A stretch of DNA of 56,265 bases, counting the filler, from Catajapyx aquilonaris (Eukaryota): assembly GCA_000934665.2 (NCBI GenBank). It is 2 parts of 2 records of this genome, joined end to end, with 100 filler letters (N's around TTAATTAATTAA, not from the genome) between each part and the next. Parts side by side here need not be neighbours in the genome. Positions count along the whole stretch, not along the records: positions 28,137 to 56,265 come from JYFJ02004971.1; 1 more part is not named here. One strand, 5' to 3'. Positions 48,534 through 56,265 of the stretch are shown piece after piece (position 1 is the first letter of the stretch; each line of letters opens with the position of its first letter). The notes under the pieces were generated by a model. That model was not told where the DNA came from and did not search any database. It saw only the letters and a list, made by a program, of their open reading frames with translations. Position numbers and translations under genes: made by a program.

Positions 48534-51126
48534 CTAGCAGGATACCCGGCGTTGCTCGGGTTATGAAATACTTTACCATAGGAGTAACTCATTGATTTGA
48601 GGGAGACGGAGTGGCGCCGCGGTAACGCGTGCGCTCACGGACGTTAAGGTCCCGGGTTTAATCCCCACCCGGGGTTCCCACCTTCTTTCGTGCAGAGTTG
48701 GGCCATCTCTGGCTTCGTTTCGGGTGGCAATTTCCGATAGACTAAGCCACCCGGGGGAGTTCACAAANAGTATATCCATGTACATCGCTCCAAACCCCAA
48801 ATGGTGGTAATCCACCCCCCTAGAAATGACCTATCGGCCAGATAACGGGGTACAACTAAAAAAAAATGATAAAAAAAAACCTCATTGATTTGGTAGTAAC
48901 CTTTGCAATAATTATGGCTATACAATGTTGGCATGCATGTAACATGGAGCATATTGCATGTGCATGAAGTCCAAACAACACACTGCGGATGTCGGATTGT
49001 AAGAAAATACACAATCGTACAACTCCAAAATCCAGCAAAAGTATGTCTCATGAAAAATTGAAGGTTGTGCAGTAAATGTAGAAGTAAATGTAGAATGTAG
49101 AAGCTCCAGCATGGCAGAGCTTACAATCTGACATCCAATGTGTGTTTTTTTTTGGATTTGATGCACATGCAATATTTGGTATAGCCAATTACGTTCATAA
49201 TTATTGCATAGATGAAGCATGTTGTCTCGAAGCTTCAACACAATATCCCTCTTATTACCATGCTCCTGACCACTCACGATCACAGCAATCTCATTGCAAG
49301 AAGGTTGATTGAATCGACCACGATGCTCGCCTTGTGGTCGCTTGTCTGCATCAATAACCAAGTAAAATTCCAGAGGAGGAGGACTCTCAAGTGCAAGCTT
49401 GAAGCTTTTGATGTAAGTGTGGGTGGAATGGATCGTCTCCTGAAGTTGCAGTGTGATGTGGAGGCGTGTGCCATTTAAGTAGGTGCAACGGTATTCCGCC
49501 TGCTGTTACATGTTCCCCACGAAGTAAAGCTGCAGAAACCGCGGACTGTGATTTTCTGAAGGAAGGAGTGATCCCATGCGATGGTAAATTTGCCCTTGCA
49601 CTTTGAATGTAGGCATGAAGCCCCCTTCTCTAACAACGTTGGCCCCAAAAGATGTCATCTGGAAGGCCGAATTGTAATTTCTGATGGTCTTCAGGAAATG
49701 TTTTGAATCAGGTGATGTGCCTATAAGAGGAGCATTTTAAGTAGCTGTGGAGGCTCAGCCAGTAGAGGAAGGCTAACCTTTCCAATGGAGCAACAGATCG
49801 TTTTTGTTTCACCCTTCCACTTCTTTGCCTGACAATGGTGGCATCCCTCTGACATAGATCCAATTGCAACAACACCGACAGAAGAATAAATTATTGTCCA
49901 TGTCTGCTGAGTAGTGGAAAGCGGCATGTAGGAGGTGGGTTGATGAAAATGGAGCTAATCTCAGATTGATGGCCCCTGTTTCTCATAGAGTGGAGACATG
50001 CTTGGTGTTCTTCCTCAGTCTCTTGGTCCCTCACCCTTAGCCGAACTCTGTGTGTATCCAATGTGCTTCTGTCTATGCTGCTATGTTTTAGGCCCATGTT
50101 AAAGTCGGTGGGGTGTTGAGAATGAGGAGGTCCAAACGTTAGAAAGTGAAAAAACAATCAAATGCAAAAAAGATTGAAAACTGCATGACACAAACCTACG
50201 TAGACCACATTATGCCACACCTTATACACCTTATACCTTTATACCACACCTTAAACACGTTAAACCACATCCCATAACGACTTCTGAATATACACTGAGA
50301 ATGTGGAGGTCCAAAATTTACAAAGATGAAAAAAACAAATAAAAGCAAAACGATTGAAAACTGCATGACACAGAACGTAACACAGTTCGGAAGAAGAGAA
50401 TGAAGACAAAAAGCACATGACACAGTATACGTAGAGGAAAAGGTATGGCAGGAAAAGTACGCCAAGAAAATTCCGACAGGCTGCCTGAACAAACAACCCA
50501 AAACCGCTATTCTTACATGCAGCGCATTTGTATACCACCAGCTCGAACCCTGGGCCTGCCCCGAGGCCGCAGTTGGACCGTGCCACCGTGTCTAGGATAA
50601 AAATGGAATAAGATACCCTAGGATAGCAAGATATGGAACTCTTTGAATATTATGAACAAAACGTGATCATCATCACCCAATTACACCAGTAGTCTCGTAA
50701 CCAAGGCAACAGTGTGTAAATTCTAAATTGGAACAATGAAGTATGCAGCCAATGTGAGTGCAAAAACACTGACCAAAGTACAGCCACCACGTAGAAATGT
50801 AATGACACTGAGGGGCTGGAGGAGGAGGCAGTGGGGGGAGGGAGAGAGAGAGAGAGAGAGAGGGAGGGAGGGAGAGAGAGGAGGGAAGGAATATGGTTTC
50901 CAAGGCAACTGAAAAGCATTATTAGAACACAGGGGGCCAACTTCCAAAGTTCTTTTCGCCTCCTGTGGCCAAGAATGACCTCGGAGGTAAATTCCAATGC
51001 GCTAAGAACCTTCCCGGTAAAAAACTTCCCCTGGTGATACCCCTGGGGCATATGTGGAGGCCTCTGTATGGATCTGTTTAGGTGACAGACATCCAGACAG
51101 ATATAGGTCTTGAAATATGTATTAGA
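48534..51126 (-). mobile_element. Internally deleted Helitron with both termini and a degraded RepHel N-terminal region
   Basis: On -: A|TC start at 51126, then a 3' hairpin (ACCCGAGCAACGCCGGGT) and CTAG|T at 48534. Internal broken frames read CHHCQAKKWKGETKTICCSIGKV, IRNYNSAFQMTSFG, FKVQGQIYHRMGSLLP and EHRGRFNQPSCNEIAV, typical of the region upstream of the Helitron Rep domain. Confidence 0.88.
50835..50888. repeat. (GA)n/purine-rich microsatellite within the Helitron
   Basis: Read directly from the sequence. Confidence 0.9.
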
Positions 51127-52879
51127 TACATTATTCCTCATATTTTCATCATTTTATTTCAAAGGTCTTAGATAATATTATCTAAGATGCTTTCCAGGAA
51201 AGTTTAAATTCATCCCCATAAGCCTGGAACCTTCCGAGTCACCCTGTGAGCTAATTTGCATGGGATGGGGTAGATTTTTTTGGTGCCATTGGGAAGAAGA
51301 CATCTTAAACTATGGCACGTGTAAATTTAATAGAATTGTAATTCAGCCCCAGTCGGTTGTCCACGAGTGGCACCGGGTACCCCCAAAGAATGGTTTTCTG
51401 CAGCAATACGGAAACTGCTGGAACAGTGGCAACAGTGCATAGCCATAGACATTGGCGGGGAATACCCTAATGTACGGTGAATTTATTTTGTCCTGTGAAA
51501 TGGTTAGTGTGCAGAAAAAAAATTGGAGTCCCAATCATTTTTGAACGACCAAGCAAGAAGTGTCCCAACTACATTTTGTGTTCCAAGATATGGCAACAAA
51601 TTCTTGACTCGTCGTGAGTGCAGCCGTCGGCAGTCAAACACACAAGCACTGGTTTTAGTCTCAGTTTTATGGATCCCCCAATTGGCACGGGCCACTCCAT
51701 CCTTTGGCAAGATAAAGTACTGAGCTGCTGCAGAGGTGCGCCTTCTTGTGTCGTGTAGACCCCAAAATCATCCCAGATGCATTTTCTCTCTTTCATTGCA
51801 GATTGATGTTTTCCTTTTTCCCAGGCATAAAGACAGGCTTAAGTCACGTATGCAATATTCATATTATTGTACTTTTGTGACATCATACCAAGCATATCAC
51901 AGATATCACAGCTCAGAAACACAAGGCACAGCTGCAATTGCACGTGTTTGTTTGGTACCTCGCACTCATGAGAATGCATCCTCGGCGATCCTCGGTATCT
52001 GCAGCCTGGAGAAGAAATGGGCCGGCTTGTGAAGCAAGATGTTATGAGGCTACATTTCGAGCACGATGATTTTGAGCCTTTTGAGCCTTTGTTTTGAGCG
52101 GATTTTGAAGAGAAGCCGCAATCGCCATGTTTATAAAAACAGTGTACCAAACAGACAAGTTGTATCCATCAATACTAATAACGCATTAGCTTCAAAATTT
52201 ACATCAGTTTTTAAATGAATGCACCGGGCAATCATAAATTGACAGAAATCAGACTGGTTTTAAAATTAAACCCAGTTGTCACCATTGGCACCCCTGCGCC
52301 CATCCATCGGCTTCTCTAGCGGGACGCACCCAGACGCGATATAGTGAAAGCAGCAGTTCCCTGCAGGTTAATTACATTATACGCAATAATTACTGCCTGT
52401 TAGCAACAAGTAGGTTTCTCAGGATTTCTATGCTTAATGTATAATCATTTCTAACATTCTACCTGTAATTGCAACTCCTGTGTATAGATGCTAGGAAAAG
52501 AGCGGAACGAGAAGAATCGCTTCCAGGAATCGCTCCCTGGTGAGATGATGGAGGCGACGCGAAAAGTGTTCCCCCCCCAGTATAATTTTTTTGTGTTTGG
52601 TTTGCAATGGTGATTGAGTATGGCTGGCCGCGATGGCGGACCTTTTCCTCCTTCCCCGCCCAGCCGATGAGGAGGCGGCCTGCTCTGGAGGCCGGCTGGA
52701 GGACAAGGGGCAAAGCTGGGGCTGAATAACTCGGTGGGTGGAGAGACAGAGGCAGGCTTGGCTGGGATGTGGTTGGTGGAAGGGAGGGGGAGGTGGGGTC
52801 CAAGCCTGACTGGTGGGGGTCATGGGTCAAACTGGTGCTGTTAACAATTAATTAGCTGGTGTGTTAATTGCAGAAGGTG

Positions 52880-55727
52880 ATGGAGCAAGTGGAGAGCGAG
52901 GCTTCTGTCGCTTCCAGCAGCGACAGTAGTGAAGCCACAGTTCCAGTCACGCAGTCGACTACGGACCATGATGTGGGCCAGGCGGCTGACTCTCAGCAGG
53001 ATGGGGACGCGGTGGTTCCAACGCTGGATGTGGTAGAGAGCAGCTGTGCTGAGACGAGTCATGCGCAGCCTCAGGGTGAGAGCAAGCAGAGGCCAGAGGC
53101 ATCGGACAGTGACGAGCAACCCCCCAGCCCAAAGCGACAGAGGATAGAGGAACCCACGGAGTCTGGTGGGAGCGAGGTTGTTGGGTGTGAGCTGGAGATT
53201 AGGCGTGGAAATGACGGCGTGTCAAGTACCAGCGAAGAGTTGTGGATGCCGCAAGAGGTGCTCAATCAGGAGGGAATGGATGCGGAAGGTGTGGAGTACA
53301 AGGAGGAGGTGACTTCTAGTGATTCGGAAGTGCTTAAGGTGACAGGTACAGAACAGGGTCCAGAAGCTACATCCAGTGAGTGTGATGCAAGAGCAACAGA
53401 CACATCTGGGGTAGAACAGAGTGATAATTGTCCAGCCAGCTCCGACGATGTGCAATCCAGTGAGAATCAAGCAGAAACTCCAGAAATTCATTTAGATGAA
53501 TTGTGTAAATCCCAGGCCGACATTTCCACAGCCTCAGAAATCACAGATGATGAGGATCTATCACCAAAGCCCTTCTCTGGCAGAATTACCCCTGATTCCG
53601 AGGAAGAATCACAAATGCATAAGAGCATGTCGAGAGCAGCAGAATTGCCAAAGAGTCCTGACACAAGAAATGCTGTTATAAAAACAACACCTGAAGTCCG
53701 AAAAACAAGTGCTCTGGAGACGTTGATGGCATACGGAACATCAGATGAAGAGGAGGAGGAGGAGGAGATGCCACAAAATGCAGCCATGACAGCACAAGCA
53801 GAAAGGGAGTTGCCGTCTGATTGTGAAGTGATTAAAGATCATGCTGTTGAGTCAAAGACTCACGAGGAAAGTGTAGTGAAAACTACTGGGCTTCATGAAG
53901 AAATAAAAGTGGACTCGGTTGCAGCTGGACACGGTGAAGTTCAATCAGAACCCAGTGCAGCTGGACACGGTGAAGTTCAATCAGAACCCAGTGCATCGGA
54001 AGAAGTTTGGGAATTTGATGGACCTATTGTATCTGAAGATATTACATATGATGTTGGTAAATCACGAACAATTGATTATACTCACGGGGATGCTGCTGAA
54101 CCAAATTTGTGTGACACAAGTAAAGACAGTGCAACTGAACAAAATTCGTGTGCGGAAAATTCTGAAACTACTGTGCAGTTAAATAGGTGCCATGAAGTTG
54201 AAGGAGACATTGGTGAAGCAAATGTGTGCCATAAAGAAGTGTACACAGTGACAACAAATGCGTGTGAGGAAATTAATGACATTATTGAACAGAGCTTGTT
54301 GGAAGACGAAAGCATAATAAGTGTTAATGAATCAAGTACAAGTAAAAAATCTGAGTGTGTTGTAAAGCAAGGAACATTGGAAGCCATAGAGAATGTGAAT
54401 GAAGTGAGTACATGTGAAGAGCAAGAGGATGAAACTGAACTGAGTATACAGACCGAAGTTGAAAGTGCAAATGGACAAGATATATGTGAAACCACTGGAG
54501 ATGCACTTGAATCTGGCGCAGATGAAATTAGTGATGACATTAGTGACAGCATTGTTGAATCAAGCAAGTGTGAGGTTGATGATGCAGTTCAGGCAAGTAC
54601 GAGTGGAGAAACTGTTAAGGATGTTACTGAGGTAAACTCTGATGCAACGCTGAGATCTACTGAACAAAGTATATGTGTGGTAGTTGAACCAAGTAGACTT
54701 GAAAGTGAAGAGAAGGAAACCGTCAAAGAGGTTGGGAAAGAAAGTGTTCAAAACTTAAAATCAGAGACGGCAAGAGAAAATACTCCGACATCAACATTAG
54801 CAATGTCATATGAAGAGGACATTGCAGAGGCTGAAATGGAGGATGAAGATTCCAAGCCAGGGCTACAAATTGTGATAGAGAGTGTCACAGGCTCTGCTGT
54901 ATTGGAGCATGGCTCTACTGCGATTGCGAGCAAACCTGAATCAGATGAAGAGGACATCATCGTCATCCAGGAAGTGTCTTCCAATGAGCCACCATTGCCA
55001 TTGCCAAAAAGGCCTCTCCCTCGAATCATCAAGCAACATGCTCAACCGAAACAGATTGTGACTCAGACTAGATATGTCCCCATACAGCAGCCCCCTTGTC
55101 CGCAACTTGTAATATCTGATGTCAGGGGCAATGTGATACGGCCCCCAACACCTGAGTGTATCACACTTGATGGTGACGAAGAAGGGATGGTGGAAGAGGC
55201 AGAGGGAGAGAAGGAGGAGCAGCAGGAGCAGGGTGAGCAGCAGGAGCAGGGTAATGATTCACAGGTCACACTGGAGACAGAACCTGAACCTGAACCTGAA
55301 CCAGAACCTGAACCTGAACCTGAACCAGAAAAAACATCGGAAGTGCAGCCTGAACAGGAGCCATCATCTGAGTCTGCAAACACACCTGACGTCATTACAC
55401 TTTCGGACACAGAGGAGGACACCAAGCCAGAAGTGTTTGGAGGTTCATCAGGCAGCATCCTGGCCAGCTGTCTTCAGGCACCTCCCAAGGCAGGTGGCGT
55501 TCCAGGGATTGTGATTATGAAGGTGGAGGGAGCCAGAGCGGAGGGAGAAGTGGCACCTGGTGAAAAACCCCAAAGGCGGAGGGGGCGTCCTGGGAGGAAG
55601 AGAAAGGAGGAGAGGGTGGTTACAACAGAACTGCTCAGGTCAAAGTTGCCTAGGAAAGCTAAAGAGCAGAAGTCGCATGATGAGCCAAAACCAAAGGGAA
55701 AGCCAAGGGGACGAGCTGTCAAGAAAG
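52880..55727 (+). CDS. Large acidic, low-complexity coding exon of a probable nuclear protein with AT-hook-like/NLS motifs; gene likely continues beyond the window
   Basis: ~950-codon E/S/D-rich ORF. Acceptor ttgcag ends at 52873 just before the ATG at 52880; probable donor AG|gttagg at 55728. Basic motifs RRRGRPGRKRK and KPKGKPRGR near the end. Confidence 0.72.
53921..53992 (+). repeat. In-frame perfect 36-bp tandem duplication (AAGHGEVQSEPS x2)
   Basis: Read directly from the sequence and translation. Confidence 0.92.
55279..55329 (+). repeat. (GAACCT)n coding repeat, (EP)n tract
   Basis: Read directly from the sequence. Confidence 0.9.
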
Positions 55728-56265
55728 GTTAGGTTCTTCTTGAGATACTATTTTACTAAATTGCAAATTTTTCCATTCTTTGATATATGTATAGGCTGGT
55801 TCCATTTCAATCCAGACGGAGGGTGCCCAGTCATGGTCTTCGATTTTTTTTAAAAAAATATATGTGAAACCCACATCCAATTGAACCCTTATGGAGCAAT
55901 CAGTTTTACGAGATTAAATTTAGTTATCGATATATTAATATTTCTTTCAAGGGGTACCAAAATAACCTTCACGGGAAGTGCACTTTTTCCATTGCTTTCA
56001 ATGAGTATATCTCGGGAACTGTTCGGAAAACCAACATGAAATTTTAAACTCATGCTTTTGGAAGAACACGCTGTCATGTAATGCATAAATTTACCTTATT
56101 TAATGGTACAGTCACCTGCAAAAAATCTCCAACATTGCATATTTTGGTCAAAATTCGCATATTTCGCTATTTATTACGGCGTTATGGTAAACGTGACGGT
56201 TATGCCGATTATATTTTGTGATATACTCGGTGACCCCTTAAAGGTCATGCAATAAAACCTTTGCT

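Noticed and set aside
51200..52150. Coding-like stretches with several short ORFs
   Set aside because: All frames are interrupted and I recognise no motif. It could be a decayed TE or pseudogene and needs BLASTX.

Overview
This is eukaryotic, intron-containing DNA, most likely arthropod, judged from the GT-AG introns, gustatory and ionotropic receptors, and DRE motifs. The left half (0.5-27 kb) is a dense chemoreceptor array. It holds nine apparently intact gustatory receptor (GR, 7tm_7-type) genes: five on + and four on -. Each GR has one long first exon, three phase-0 C-terminal introns and the TYFIILAQF signature. Two intronless divergent ionotropic receptor (IR) paralogs sit in the middle of the array, and there is one orphan GR exon. 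An artificial contig-join linker (N44-TTAATTAATTAA-N44) lies at 28037-28136, so adjacency of the two halves is not guaranteed. The right half holds a sortilin-related receptor (SorLA/SORL1-like) gene on -, an intronless LRR-like gene, an internally deleted Helitron, and a large acidic exon with AT-hook-like motifs from a gene that probably continues beyond the window. Many small DNA-transposon derivatives are present, several with target-site duplications, and some are nested. I found no prokaryotic-type system such as CRISPR. The most interesting signals are the mixed GR/IR array built from ~3 kb modules sharing a non-coding boundary block, a conserved GR upstream motif, and GR C-terminal tails carrying N-glycosylation sequons. 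All family assignments come from motif recognition by eye; no searches were run.
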